The position numbers and the translations under genes were made by a program. Below are positions 1 through 13,627 of a stretch of DNA of 39,144 nucleotides, one piece after another. Positions within the stretch are counted from its first letter, which is position 1, and each line of letters begins with the position of its first letter. The stretch covers positions 1 to 39,144 of the forward strand of contig ADNK01001969.1 in NCBI GenBank assembly GCA_000320545.1. Reading direction: 5' to 3'. The notes under the pieces are model-generated. The model did no database searches, was not told where the DNA came from, and worked only from the letters and a program-made list of their open reading frames with translations. This stretch comes from Bigelowiella natans CCMP2755. Its lineage: Eukaryota; Protista; Cercozoa.

Positions 1-1524
1 GGTCAAAAAGTTGCCCGAAAAGACTCTGTCCAAGAGATAATCTTGGAGGTACTTTTCTAGGGGCTTCCAGTTTCGTACTTCTGTTTGTTTTGACGCGGTT
101 CGTTTCTACTCTCGATGCGACCACCTCCCCCGGCTTTCGGATCTGTTGGTCGAGGCAAGCGTACTGCAGTGCTCTTAGCCTCCTACGGGGGACGGCACGA
201 CACTTAAACAGCTGGTCTAGCAATCTAGTTGTCCGAATTACCCAGTCGAGTACATGAAGACTGGCGGGTTTTGTGCGTCATTCTAAACTTTGAATTCCAC
301 AGGAACTAAGTTTAAATTATTTTCCTCGGTCTACGGGCTCGTTCGTGTTCCGATAACACATAATTGAATACTGGCCGACGGACGTAGAATACCCAAAATT
401 CATGCCATGTACCAGCGCAGAAAAAACACAGAGGAGGGGCCGGGGGGGGGGAAGGAGGAGGAGGAGAAGGAGGAAGGGGAGATAGTTTTGAGCATGTTCA
501 GCCTTTTGGCGAGAATTCACCAATTCTCTACTTCTACTACTACTACTACTACTACGACTACAACGACTACCGCATCTACAACTATTACTACTATTACTAC
601 TATTACTAATATACTAATACTACTACAAGTACTACTACTACTACTACTACCTCGCACATCGTGCTACTACTTACTAGTCACTCACGCGCTGCTACTACTA
701 CTACAACTACTACAACTACAACTCCTACTCCTACTACCATTTGTGCAAAGATGGCCCGATCTTTTTCTATTTGTTGCGCTGTTTCCCTGAACGTGTACCG
801 CGGCAGCTTCGCCTCCCGCCCAGTAATTGTCATTACACCCTGGTTTACACACATACACACAGACACGCACCCAATGAGAGGGGGGGGGGGGGGGGGGGGA
901 GAGAGAGAGAGAGAGAGAGGAGAGAGAAAGAGAGAAAAATCCAGCGAGGCACAAGGGGGAAAAAAAAAGAAAAAAAAGAAAAACGAATAAAATAGTGAGG
1001 GGGCACGGAAAGAGGCTTATGGAGAAGACATTTGTGAGGATGAATGAGGAGGAGGAGGAGGACATCTATAAATAATTATTACGCTCATCCGTTTATTCGT
1101 GCGCCTCATCATCCTAGCAGTATCGGCAGCAGCAGCAGCCGCCGCCTTGCTCTCGCACCCCCCCTCCGGCACTTCTACTCCTCCAGCAGCAGCACTACCA
1201 CCACCAAACTGAAGAAGCGCCAAAGACCGCTTTTCGAGGCGGCAGCGCTCTTGGTTGTGATTCAGGAACCGCAACTCCTTGCCCGTCGCGGCCTTGCCGT
1301 CAGCGGAGGAGCGCAAGCGCGTCTTAAAGACCACGCCATCGAAGGAAGCGATCGCTTGCTGGCGGTCCCAATTCGTATAGCGCCATTCCTCGGCCACCAC
1401 CCCGCCGACGCTGCCGCGCTTGTGCACTGTGCCCCCTCCTGCAGGCAGGGGGATGGAAGTGCGAAGTGCGAAATCATTCATTGCAGTGGTAGTAGTAGTA
1501 GTAGTAGTAGCAGTAGTAGTAGCA

Positions 1525-1592
<68 letters not shown>

Positions 1593-1638
1593 ATCAGTAG
1601 CAGAGTGTGGAAATGTTCGCAGAATTAGCGCATGCCAT

Positions 1639-1704
<66 letters not shown>

Positions 1705-2070
1705 TTATGTCTCCAATCCCCTGCTTTCTACCCGTCTCTCCCCTCCTCTGATCATCATCATCATATTCATCACCCCTCCTCCCTCCTCCTCCTCATCCTC
1801 CTCACCTATACTCTGCAGCCTAATGCAGCTGAAGAGAGTTTCACCCCTGGCGTCTTTGCCATCTTTATCTCCTAGGCGTGCAGCTTGCTTAAATCGGCAC
1901 TGCATCATAGAGGATGTGCCGGCCCAGTTAAGGTAAAACACACGATTCGAGGCCGTGAGGTGCTCTTTGCCGCTCCGCCTCGCAAGATAGCTGTTATAAG
2001 AACGAAACCAGGCAAGAAAGCAGCAACGGCGGGGCTCAATACGTCTTTCATCGAAGAGGCAAACGGTCAT
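1..2070 (-). CDS. Hypothetical multi-exon protein, 3' part runs off the window; may be continuous with the gene at 2740-6010
   Basis: Non-repetitive coding-like segments in minus ORFs 1705-2070, ~1150-1490, ~750-840, ~330-410 and 1-130, separated by microsatellite-filled intron-like blocks. No domain recognised. Confidence 0.4.
1489..1702. repeat. Compound microsatellite (GTA)n(GTC)n(GTT)n, then (CA)n(TA)n
   Basis: Directly visible. Similar tracts at 526-740 (TAC), 879-920 (G, GA), 2893-2960, 22794-22845 (G, GA), 22945-22985 (CA), 24895-24940, 26707-26756 (TC) and 27590-27630 (TA). Confidence 0.95.
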
Positions 2071-2739
2071 GCGTGAAGGACTTACTGCGCGAAGCCGATG
2101 AATCCGGTGCTACGCTGCGAGAGGCTGAGGTTCCCCCCCCCTCCCGAAGCGGAAGTGGATGAGGAAATATCAAAATCGAAACCGCCCAGCGACGGTATTC
2201 TCCTGCGGTGATTTTGACAATTCACGCAATCACAATGTCTGTATTAGCGGTAATCTTGGCTAGCAAAAACCCGACCAACCTCGCCACCGTGTACTATTTT
2301 TATCTTGCGAAAAAGAGGGAGGGGGAGGAGGGAATATATTTGTGTTTCCTACTGGAGGTTCTGCAGGGGTGCAATCGACTTGCGCTCTTTTGTCCGTCTT
2401 TCCGGAAGCTGGTGGTAAAAGAGGAGAGAAAGGGGGGGGGAAGTTTCTAAGGACGGTACATCTATCACTCATCTAGACAGCAACGACATGAAATGACAGC
2501 CAACGCGAGTGGCTGCGGTGATAAAGAATCCATAATACTTGGGTGAGGACAAAGGGGGGGAGGGGGTTGGGGGTGGTGCCGAAGAAAAGGAGTAAAAGCA
2601 TAAATTGAAAAAGAGAAGAAGATAATTTTAGTTTAATTCTCTCTTTCTATCTACCACACACACACAAACGGACATCATGCGAAATAACTCATTCTAAAAG
2701 TATCCCCCCCCCCCCCCCCCTCTCCCAGTTCAGCATTAA

Positions 2740-2918
2740 TCAGAGCCTCATCGAGAATAGAGAAAACAAAAAAGGTTGCACAGTTTTGGTGTGGTAGAAG
2801 GAAAATCTAGAAGAGGGAAAAGATGATGTTTGCGGCGGTAGAAAGAACTCATAGCCGTAGCATGAGGAAGCAGGCAAGGGTGATAATAAGGGATTGAGAT
2901 TGAGATTGAGATTGAGAG

Positions 2919-2964
<46 letters not shown>

Positions 2965-5900
2965 GTCGTCTGGATTAGATTGAGAGAGAAACTTGCAGCA
3001 GCAGTGGTCATTGCATGCATATGTTACATGTTTTCCTCCTCCTCTTCCTTCCTTCTCCTCCTCTTCCTCCCCCTCTCCCCCCCCCCCGTCCATCGTCTGT
3101 TTCGGCGGCGCAGTTTTAAGTCCCAAGCCGCTGAGCAGCATGCTGGTGCTGTTCCCCAGCCGCTTCAGCGTGAACCACTTCCCCCGCCCTCGCGGCCTCG
3201 GAACCCGGAGTTGACGACTCCCGGAATCAAGAGAAGCTGCTCGTTCTGGGGAGTCATTCTCAACCCCCTCACCACCAGCAGCAGCACCAGCAGCAGCACC
3301 AGCACGATGTGGTATCTGTGCTTCGCGGAGGGACTTCTCGCTCTGTATCATCCTCTCGTGGATGCTGGCGATGTATTTCCACTTAGCAGCTTCCTCATGC
3401 CGCCGCAGTAGGATCCCGGCGGCGACTGGGGTGCGGGGGGTTGTGGGGGGGGTGGAAGGGGACCTCTGGGTGCGTACGACGGCGACCACGCTGTTGCGGA
3501 GATGTGGCGGCGGCGTGAGGCTGTTCCGGCGGATCTTTGATGATATGATGGACGCAAGCACAAAGAAGGAGAAGAAGAAGAAGATGATGATGATTCTCAA
3601 CGTGCATCTTACTCTCTGCGTTCCTATGAATCAAATGCCGTGCTGCCCAACGCACATATTTCCCTCCCACTCTTCTACCTCCTTCCCACCCCCCCCCCCC
3701 ATCTTCTTTCATTCTTGTTCTTCTTCTCTTGCTGTACCTGTGGCGATGCGACGTCGAGCTGCGGCAGTCGCCTACACACGTCTGATTCGCAGGAAGGAGG
3801 AATCGAAGAGGAGGAGGAGGAGGAGGAGGTCGTTCCATTAGAGGGCGGGAAGTTGTCCACCCCCTCCCCGCTATCTTCGGCTATTTGGCGCAGAGTGCCC
3901 TTCAGCGCCCTGCGCTTTGCTCGACTTGGGAGGGGAGGTTTGGTGAGGGGGGCAGAGACGCTGCGATTAGCTCGTGGGGAGGCGGGGGGAATGAACCCTT
4001 TCTCCCCGTACTGCGAACTATTGGCGCCTCCCCCCCCGTGACTGAGCGGGAGTAGACGGGCACTGTGCTTTGCTGCAGGGTCGATGTTCTTATCATTATC
4101 GCTGGGGAAAGCCGTCAGAGCCCTTGCGCGCGGAGACCCGATTTCATCGGCTTGGTAGTTGCTTAACTCGATTCGGAACCGCGAAGAAGCGACCAAATCC
4201 TCCTTCAAATCTCCTCCTTTCTTCTCCTTCTCCTCCTTCTTCTCTTCTTCTTCTTCCTCCTCCTCCTCCTTCTCAAAGAACGTCGTCGGTAAGGCGAGGC
4301 AAACACACCCAAAACCAAAAGAGCATGCACGTATACATGAAAACGTTGTCGTCATGATGACGATGAGATCGTCGAGGAACAAAAGGGAAGTGAGAAGGGA
4401 GTTGAAGGCGTACCAGCCAAATGGAAAACAGCATTAGAATCGAACCAACCAGCAAGAAAAGGTAATTAAATCGTCGTCAAATAGATCAAAACACAAGGGA
4501 AGATCGCCAGCCATGTTCAGCAGCAACACCATCAAGACGACGAGCAAGAATGACCCACCAAAACAACCAACAACGATCATTTCCAAGATCACGCAACACA
4601 CGCCGCGCAAGATGCACAGGCATCGAGACGAGAAACAGGAGGGGGAGAAAGAACAAGATACGAAGATGATGAAGTAGAAGTAATAACACGATTTGGAAGA
4701 TAACAAGAAGAAGAATGAATATGGACAGCAGCACACCCTGCTGGTGGTTGGTGTGGATGCGAGGTGATACGTACAAATACGAAAAACAAGGGGCCGTCTA
4801 ATTGCAGATATATAGCTAGCGATGGTATTGATATCGCTCGCTCTGCACAGCAAGCACACGTCGTCAAATACTCACAAACATTATCATTGCGTACCGGAGG
4901 GCCCCTAGCTTGCGACTTCGAGTGAATCGTAGGCCGCCTCATCGGCAACGGGGGCGGATTTCCTTGCCCCCCTCTCCCTCTCCTCGCTGGCCTCGTTCGC
5001 GGAGGGGTTGGGGGGCAGGACGAGTCGCCTAAAAGGAAGGGAGCTGTCTTCACTCGCTCAAGACGAGAGTCGCGTTCCCGGTTACCTCCCTGATAGATCG
5101 AGGAGTGCCTCGTTCGTTCAATATTGGCGGCCTCGTTTGCACCGCTGCTGCTTCTACTGTCGTTGGCCGGTGCTGCTGGTAGAAGTCTATTCTTACTCCT
5201 TTTCCGGAGGAGGATGGATGCTGGTATTGGTGGAGGTTTCTTTCGAGGGCCACCACCATTACTGGTACTACTGCTACTACTACTATACTGCTGCTCCTCC
5301 TCCGTCGTTGATGATGGCAGCGCCGGTGGTCGCTTCTTCTTCTGCTGTTTGATATTGGGAGGGGGCGGGGGACGGCATTTCGGTGTTGGAAGGCCATCAT
5401 CACTTGTTCTGTAATCGTCATTGATATTCTCATCCGAAGCGATGCTAGAGGACTTCTCCCCCTCCCCGCGGAACATTAATAATCTTTGCGAGCCTGAGCG
5501 AGATAGGTCTGGCGGGTTCCTCTTGTTTCCCTTCCTCTCTCCAGCCCGCGCTGGTGGTGTTTTAGAGCGCAGGTTCCCAACTTTCTTCTTTTTACTGTCG
5601 TTGGCTGCTCTACCATGCTGCCGCCGCTGTGCTTGGGGAAGATCACTAGCATGTTTTGAGGCAGCTTTGTTGGATTTTTCCAAGCTGGAGGATGCGTTCC
5701 GCAAGGGGCTGTCGAACTTCTGTAAAAATTGCTTCGAGATCTTCGAGACCAGGGGCTGCGGAGGACGTGGTGGTACTTTTGGGGGCGCGCGTATCCGCGG
5801 CGACAATGGGTCGGAATTATTCCTTGCCCGGATGGGGGGGGGTTGTAGTGCATCTAATGCCGAGTCGTCCCTAGATATTGCACGTGAGACACGTGGGGCT

Positions 5901-6010
5901 CGAAGCTTGCTCTCTGTTCCCCGCGGAGTTAATGATATTCTCTTGTGAGGTGCAGGGCTGCCGACGTTCAAGCGGTTGATCGTATCTTGAACCCGTGATC
6001 CCTTCGGCAT
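2740..6010 (-). CDS. Hypothetical proline/basic-rich multi-exon protein with a hydrophobic (TM-like) segment near 4450-4620
   Basis: ATG at 6010 opens a 473-aa ORF with many PxxP/PPPP motifs. Downstream minus ORFs 4434-4859 (hydrophobic), 3675-4382 and 2740-3600 look coding. Exon structure not resolved. Confidence 0.5.
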
Positions 6011-7065
6011 CTCGAAGGAGGGCGAAAGAAGAGCGATAGTTCACTCTGAACACTTCTTTTGAGACTCTCTTACCCTTGCTAGGCTCCCAGACGATAAATT
6101 AAGGCCTAGATACAAATTCATCGGTTGTCAGGTGTTACTTCGTTAGCTTCCTTTGCTAGAAATGTGTAGAGAAGTGTAGGATGATGTATGTGTGAAATGG
6201 AGTGGCCATCCAGAATTCGGTCTAGCCTCCAGCCTTCCCCCGTAAGAATTCACGACATGCTCCATGTTTCAATGTTCAATCCAACCTTCCATCGCACCCG
6301 ACCACGATTATATGTTTAGAACACACAACCTGCTCATGCAACTGGATTATTAATCGACTCTGCTGCCGGAAGGCAACTTAACATCTGCGTACCCAAGAAA
6401 AAAGGAATAATCAAGCGACACGCGCATTTCCTGGAGCAGGCACTAAGCTACACACCCAGTCATAAACCTGGTAGCAACTTCTTCCCAGACAGAGAGAGAG
6501 AGAGAGAGGGGCAGCAAGATGCAATAATTAGATCGATCGATCTAAAAAAAGATCTTGGGCAAAAAATAGATGCTATTCCGTGCTAAGAATGCTCCTCTTG
6601 CAGAAATCCCGGGAAAAATGGCATGCCCTTCTTGCCAAATGTGGGAGAATCCTTCGGGGCTCACTTCCCATTACCTTTGCATTGGCATGTCGTAAGCTGG
6701 CAACGAACGGACAGGTGCTCTATCTTTCGGTTTTACGTTCTTTTACGAGCTCGTACGTTCATCGAAGATTCTTTGATGGGGTATTTTCAAAATGCGACAT
6801 GCAATACGTTGTCTCAAAACTGGCGGATATGATGATGAAGAGTGAACTTTCGGTGTTCCGCCGTTCAGAACCCACTTCACCGGATCATGACCACTCTCAG
6901 CCGTTGTACGAGGACCGCCCGACCACAAAAAACGCCGATGTGGGGCTAATAAAAGGGAATTTACGCTGACGCAAGAGATAATTCCATGGAAATGGACCAA
7001 TTTTCATTCAGATCGAGGCACTAGTATAACACCAAATCGCTCTTAAAACCCATACGTCGGGAGGG

Positions 7066-9167
7066 ATGGCTGGGACTGGCATACCCCTTCGCTCCCACCT
7101 TTCCGGGCGTGCGTGTCCGGGGCAGCCATGCCTGACGTTTGCTTACCTGGCCATTCTAGTATGTGTAGCTACTTTTGGGAGCAGTGGAGGTAGTTTGAAC
7201 AGCAAGGCGAACGTTTGGAGAGGGCGCGGGAGTCCGACAAGTAGGCCACATAATTCTCCTGCCTCCAGTCGACAAGGAGACTTCCTACAAGTATTTCTTC
7301 GTAATCCGGATCTTTTATCATCATCATTAGTCCAAAATACAAGAGTAATGCCGTTGCATTCACGAAAAATTGGACAGGTAGACTCGTAATCGATTTTATC
7401 CGATGTATACTACATAGGGTACTTTGAGACTAATATTTATGAAAGCCAACACCATACGAGATTCGGGTCTTTGATCAGGAAGAACCAAAGATCTGAATCT
7501 CTGATTACATCATTAGCTAGTAGATGCTACAGAAAAGATATTCTCCTAGGCTAATAGAAGGGGTGAACGAATTTATGCGCGAACTTATGCGCTACAAACC
7601 ACAGAAACACCCTTCATTCGATGAAGTTAACTCCCTACTGTACTTTTCTACATAGCAGTCGAGATTCAAGTCGCCGTTCGAATTTCGAACTTCAAGTAAC
7701 CCATTAGCCTCGCAACGTTTGAAATCGTTGTCATCGCCATTCCCGAAGGAGGGGTGCTCACGATTCGGTTCTCCGCCACCTTGCCGGATATCCCTGAAAG
7801 AGGCGCAGGAAAGCGGTACTCCGATCGGGGCTGGCAGGAAAGGCAAACACAAGAATCCAAACCGCGTGCCTAACCACCACTGGAGGGCCATATCGTGGGA
7901 AGATCTGAGGGAACATCCCATGGTAGAGCAGTTGCCTGTGCCTTGGGAGATAGAGATCGAAACTGCGGAAAACCTTTCGAGGCTCCGCAGGGATTCTAAG
8001 CGTTTTCTTCGGGTTCACCACGGGAGACTTACGACTTTCCAACTTCCAAGCGTTCTGGGGATGTTTGAGTCGGCGGCGTCAGAGTACCTGCGCGTCCCTC
8101 GCCCGCTCGCAAAGCGCCACGACAAGGCGCTACGGGCTCGGGAAGACCTCCGAGACTCCAACGCGTTCGAGTTGAACCGAAACATACAATCGTACGTCGC
8201 ACTCGCCCAGAAGCTGTTTTTCATGGATGAAGAGTACAGGAATGAAGCCATGGACGCCGGGGAGCCCCGGGTTCGCGGCCAAATATGGAGCCCCCACCTC
8301 AACCCCGAATCTGAATTTGCGCAGCTGTTTGCCCGTATGTACACTCCGGTGCTCAAAGCTGAAAGCCCCGCAGAGATAGATCCCGACCTGGACCTATCAA
8401 TGAGGTTCGGTGAGGCGCAGCAAGCGACTGGAGTCCTGACGGCGCTCAACGTGCTGTCTAAAGAGGGGGCAGTCATCAAAGAAACGGGGCTGCACGTGCT
8501 GGAGGCGGTTCCTGACGGCAAGGAGAAGCCTTCCTTCCCCTTTCCCATCGGAGCGGCCCCAGACGCTCTTGTAAAGTGGCCAGACGGAAGAGAAGAGCCT
8601 CTGGTGGTGAAGACCACGACCCCATTCGAAGTTTACAAGGGTACGGATGGACATCTGCGCACTCGGCTGGATCGCAACTCGCGGCCCTCGAAAGCGGTCA
8701 CCCCCTGGCACATCCCCCAGATGCAGCTGCAGATGCTCTGCACTGGTGCCAGTCACGGCTGGCTGCTGTATATGTCAAGTCTGAACGGGGCACGGCTCTA
8801 CCGCATAGATCGGAACCAAGGCTATATAAACGCCATGGCGTTCTGGGTCAACAAATTTGCCCAACTCTATGGGTCCCGTCCGCCCCCTCCAAACTTCTTC
8901 CTAGGCGATTTCTACGATGACTATCGCTCTTTTCTCACCTCGACTAAGAAGATAGCTTCGAAAGCTTTTGAGCATGCCTTTATTAAGCAAAGATGGGTTC
9001 AGAGATCTCCTCACAACACCCCCTTTTTCGTCGGGGACCTGGGTGAAAGCGAGCTAGATGAGGGTGATTATGATGATTATAATGAAGAACTCAGTGACCA
9101 GTTCAGCAGCCAAAAGCAGGCCCAAATCAAAGAGGAGGATGGTGAATCTGAGAACGTCTCCTTATGA
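7066..9167 (+). CDS. YqaJ-like viral recombinase / lambda-exonuclease (PD-(D/E)xK) fold protein; putative signal-peptide first exon (7066-~7380), main exon ~7660-9167
   Basis: Motifs in ORF 7719-9167: GRLTTFQLPSVLG (RLTAS-like), MRFGEAQQ, ETGLH, IGAAPDALV, LVVK, HIPQMQLQM, NGARLYRIDRN. The upstream ORF has a hydrophobic stretch LTFAYLAILVCVATF; its linkage to the main exon is inferred. Confidence 0.72.
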
Positions 9168-9937
9168 AACTGTTCAGATCTTTCTAGTTCTGTTATCAGC
9201 CACAAATTTAGATATGTTGCTAGATTACATGGAATTTGTAGATGAAATGCATGAGCCATGCTAGCATGCTAGTATTCTGTCGTTGAGATAATTAGTACGC
9301 GTATTATACATCTAGCATCATGTGCTAGACGAATAATTGAGCACCAGCTTGTAAGCCTCACCAGCTCAGCGCCACACTAGCACAAACACTGGTGTAGACC
9401 TAGATGCGTAGATGTGCGCTTCAAATCTTATAATCTAGAAAAACTTGCTTTTTACATCATTCACATCCAGACCTAAACCTCTAGATCTATTAGATCTAGC
9501 TTAAACTAGTAGCGCTAGCTGGACGTACATGTTATCTAGCTAGCTAGCTATCTGCTAGCTATCTAGCTATGTTCAATGCACACAAATAGCCATTCTAGTA
9601 TAGCTCTTATTTCTAGACCTAGTCTGCACAAGTCATCATGTCTAGATGTGCGCCTGCTCACTCTTCTAGTCTTGCATATTTACAGATGCATTGCTGTTAC
9701 GTCCAATGACGTGCGTGGCAGGTCTCACATGAATGTGTATATTTAACGCTACGCGTACATTTGCTCTAGAGCTATCATGATGCGCCCGCCGAGATATTTT
9801 GTAAGAAATACGAAAACTTCAATCTAAAGCATAGTATTCAAGGCTGGAGAACTTGATCGCGGATGACATAAATACGCATGTGTACATGACGCTAATGAAC
9901 AAAACGAACATGTGCGATGCATGCCGAGGTATTATCT

Positions 9938-12900
9938 CTAATTGCAAAGAGCAAACTCAATGTTCAATGGCAGCTTTTTCGCACCCTTTCGGATTTCTTT
10001 CAGTGCGACCCTAAAAGTAGAAATCCAAAACTCAGGTGAAGAATGATATAAATTTTTTTTAGTACTTTAATTGAGTTCCTGGAGCAGAAACATCTACGCC
10101 GTTGATAGAAAGAACACCATCACCCTTAGAAATACCCCACTCTTCGTATAAATCTTGAGTAAAAACATTTATCAGTATCGTGATCATTCTTTTCCAAGTC
10201 TCGTTGACCTGAATTGTCGTCTGGTATGACAGCAAGAGCAAATTTATTGGTGTATGAGGTGCCTTTTTTTCCAACCTCCTATTATGTTTAAAGTAATTGA
10301 TATTACCCGAAATATAACAAAATAATTCCAAAATGAAATACCGTAAGTGTAAAGCCTAAGGGGAAGGTATCAAAGTCAACATCTTGCTTCATTGTAATTG
10401 TTACAGTATCCTCCTGCTGATAGGTTACAAAATCGTCACATTTTGGATTATTCGACTGATTGCTTTTACATCTCTAAGCTTCTATAAATGCATAGAATTT
10501 TCGTACCGAGATGTCGCTCTTTTCTTCGCTTACGCTTGTGGAGGACGCAGGTTCATGAGAAGGTGTACGAGCATCCGGTGATCTTTTCTGGTTCTTCTTT
10601 ACAGGTGGAGACTTCTTTACAGGTGGGAACTTCTTAACACCAGGAGACTTTCTAGGAGAGACCTTAGCAAATGGGCCTGGTCCGCCTGACTTCGTTTTTG
10701 AAACTTTTCGCAGTCTTTCTTTCACCTCAAAGGCTTCAGAAGCGGCGGACTTTGATGGAATCTTATGTTTGGGTTTCATCCTGTTCTTTCTTTTTTGTGC
10801 AGCCTTAGCTATTGCGGCTGCAAAAGAGTCTTGTGGTTTAGCTTGGGGTTGGACAGATCTTGCTGGTGGAGACTTTTTAGCTTTGGGTTGGGCAGGTCTT
10901 GCTGGTGGAGACTTTTTTGGTGTTGCTCCGTTCGACTTCCATTTTCTCTCGTTACCATTATCCTTTTATTGGAAAAATAAATCACACTCAATCCTTCCTT
11001 TTTGCATCTGTTAAATCATTTGTCACTATTCATGATTTCGTTGGCGATAACCGATACAACGGAAGTAATGAGATTCTCGAGCTCTTCTACCTCTTCGGCC
11101 CTTAGATATCAGTAGGGTTTGTGTCAGAAAATTAATGATTATAAATAAATAATTTAGTTTAACTCACGAGATTGCTGAGTCAACCTGTAATCAAAGAAAT
11201 ATTTAGTAAATATATGAATTCATGATAAGAAAGGAGCACCCTTTCGCGGGAGTTGGTAGAGTCCGCTGCAGGTCTTGTCATATTACGGATTTCAGATGCT
11301 GATTGCTGAAGGGCCCTGCGTAGATTGCTTACTGGTGGTGGCAAGCTGGGTTCGGGATCTCGTTCGGTAGCTGATTCTTCAAGAGCTCTACGCAGAGCAT
11401 CAAGCGGTTCCGCATTTTCAGTCTCAGATTCTAGGCTTGGTAGAGTAGGAACAGGTGGAATAGGGGACCGTGCAGGCGGCGGAACACGGGGTGGTTGTTG
11501 CGGTCTTGGTGCAGGTTTTGGTGGGTCAGGAACGTCCTCCTGTGGTTTATTCCACGACGTTTTCTTTGTGATGACATTATAAAAATATTGACGACCAGTA
11601 TCATCACGCAGAGCCATCCAGCCTTTCGGTAAGACTGATGATTTGCGAGGCTGTTGCGAAAACAATCATAAGTATCAGAAATTTATCCAGATTCTCAACA
11701 ACTTTCAACTTACTGGCGCCGGCTCTTCGGGCTGCGGGGCTTTGGCTCGAGGAGTCGGTGGCTTATTATAAGCTTGTTTCGTCAACCTCTTCTTATCCGG
11801 TAGAGGTTGATTCGGCAATGGGGGTCGACGATCTGGGTTTGACCGTGTGGTGTACTCCCCTGCTGAACTAGCTGACCCCAACGAATTTATCCGAGTCTGA
11901 CGACCTTCAGGCGAACGACCAGTCAATAACTCTTTCAATCCAGTGGGTGCCTTTTGCGGAAGACCAGGGGCGGCCATTCTGTCCAATGGTTGGTGAGAAC
12001 GAGATGGTTGACGACTCGGAAGTGGTGGTGCCTTTTGAGTAGGTTTTACTGGCAGAGCAGGAGCTCGACTTGTTGGTAGAGTGGGAGGAGGTTGGTTTTG
12101 CTGAAGCTGTATGACGTTGATGGATTGACTTCGGCGTTTCTGGTGTCGAACAACTGGTGCTGAAAGGACAGATGATGGTGACTAGTGAACCAATCATAGT
12201 ATACTGTATGTACGTACTGGCCTCAAATGTGAAGTCTGTAGTTGCGCTAACATTTGTTTTCGGGCCCGATTGTGCATTTTCTGTAAATAATCTTTCCCGA
12301 TCCGCCTTCGTTACAGCATCCATGAATTTTATGAAATAGAAGATGATGAAGCAACATACCAGTTTCTTTTCAGCCATGACCTTCATGATCAATTCTTTGT
12401 TTTGTTTGAAGAATTTCCTAATAAAAATATGCTCTCGATTCCCAAATTCCAACTTTACAAAATAGTGTAGAATACTCTTTCATCTGGAGAGCGATCCGAT
12501 GTGCCTGGGGGTTCAATTATGTCATACAATGTCAATAATCTGCACGTGATTCTACTGGCTTCTAATAACCTGGTCATTGTTCCCACGCTTATTCAAAATT
12601 CTTCTGTTTTCCAATTCAATTTTTTCTTTCTCAAGCGGTATTGATTTAGGATCAATGAACTGAGTTTTCCCATTCACTTTTCTCGCACGCCCCTACAAAT
12701 GACCAAGAAATTAATTTGCTGGTCCTCTTCATTGCTCAATTTCCTACCTGTTTTAATTTCTCATATGCTTGCTTGGACCTTATTTTTTCGAGGTCTTTGA
12801 TCTATAAGAAGCAATCCATCAAGAGTTTGTCGATTAAAAATATGACAACATTACTTGCTGAAATACTAAAGTTTCTTGGCGTGCAACCTTTCTCTGAGGA

Positions 12901-13627
12901 AAATAAAAATCAACCACTTTAATAAGTACAATGATAAATACCTGATGGTAATACCCGCATTAGTCTGGCATTTATTCCAAGAAATTCAAGAAGTAAATGC
13001 CTCAAGCAGTCGATTGGAAGGAGTACACTGACAAAAGCAGTTTAGGAAGGTATTCAAGATACAGCTGCATGATTGATGTCTTTTAAACCCAACCAAATGT
13101 ATCCTCGAATATACTCCGCACTTTGTAATCCGGATTTCAAAGTGAAAGAAGGTCTGTAATAGAAAACAGCATCTTTGATTTTCACTATAACATTTCGGTG
13201 TAAATGAGATAGCAGGTACTTTGACACCACATTCTTTAGTGTTGGATATGCAGCTCGCCATTTTGTATCAAAAACATTCACCTATCGTATTCACATGTAC
13301 AACTATCAGCGATTATCATAATAACTTTAAGCTTACTATTGCTAATCAGAAACATTCACTTAATGAACGTTCATGTATTATACGTCTTCAACACTTAGAA
13401 ATTTGATCAAACGAATGAATTGACAATGTCAGGGACATTTTCGAACATTTCAATCTCCAAACCTGTTGAGCATTTCTTCTCGACTCGAAGACTTTCGAGC
13501 TACGACCTCCCTGGAGGACGATAGTTATCGTAAAGAAGCCCCCCTGTGGAGCCTTCACTTCAACCACAACGTTGCTGAAGGCTGACATGGAAGCGGAAGG
13601 GGGACCAGGGATCGTTTGGTTTGTCAA
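9938..13627 (-). CDS. Multi-exon WW-domain, proline-rich, C-terminal PDZ-like protein
   Basis: WW domain LPKGWMALRDDTGRQYFYNVITKKTSWNKP (~11545-11635). PDZ-like end GISKGDGVLSINGVDV...VALKEIRKGAKKLPLNIEF with stop at 9938-9940. KKSPP repeats. Short AT-rich GT-AG introns. The 5' extent is uncertain. Confidence 0.65.

Noticed and set aside
407-1936. Many ORFs with poly-T/V/L/R/IY/HT runs
   Set aside because: They are translations of microsatellites, open only because the repeats lack stop codons.
6580-7000. 129-aa and overlapping short ORFs
   Set aside because: Non-ATG starts, no motifs, and located in the divergent promoter region between two genes.
10841-10918. ~39-bp imperfect tandem repeat
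   Set aside because: It is a coding repeat (KKSPPAR) of the WW gene, not a CRISPR array or mobile element.
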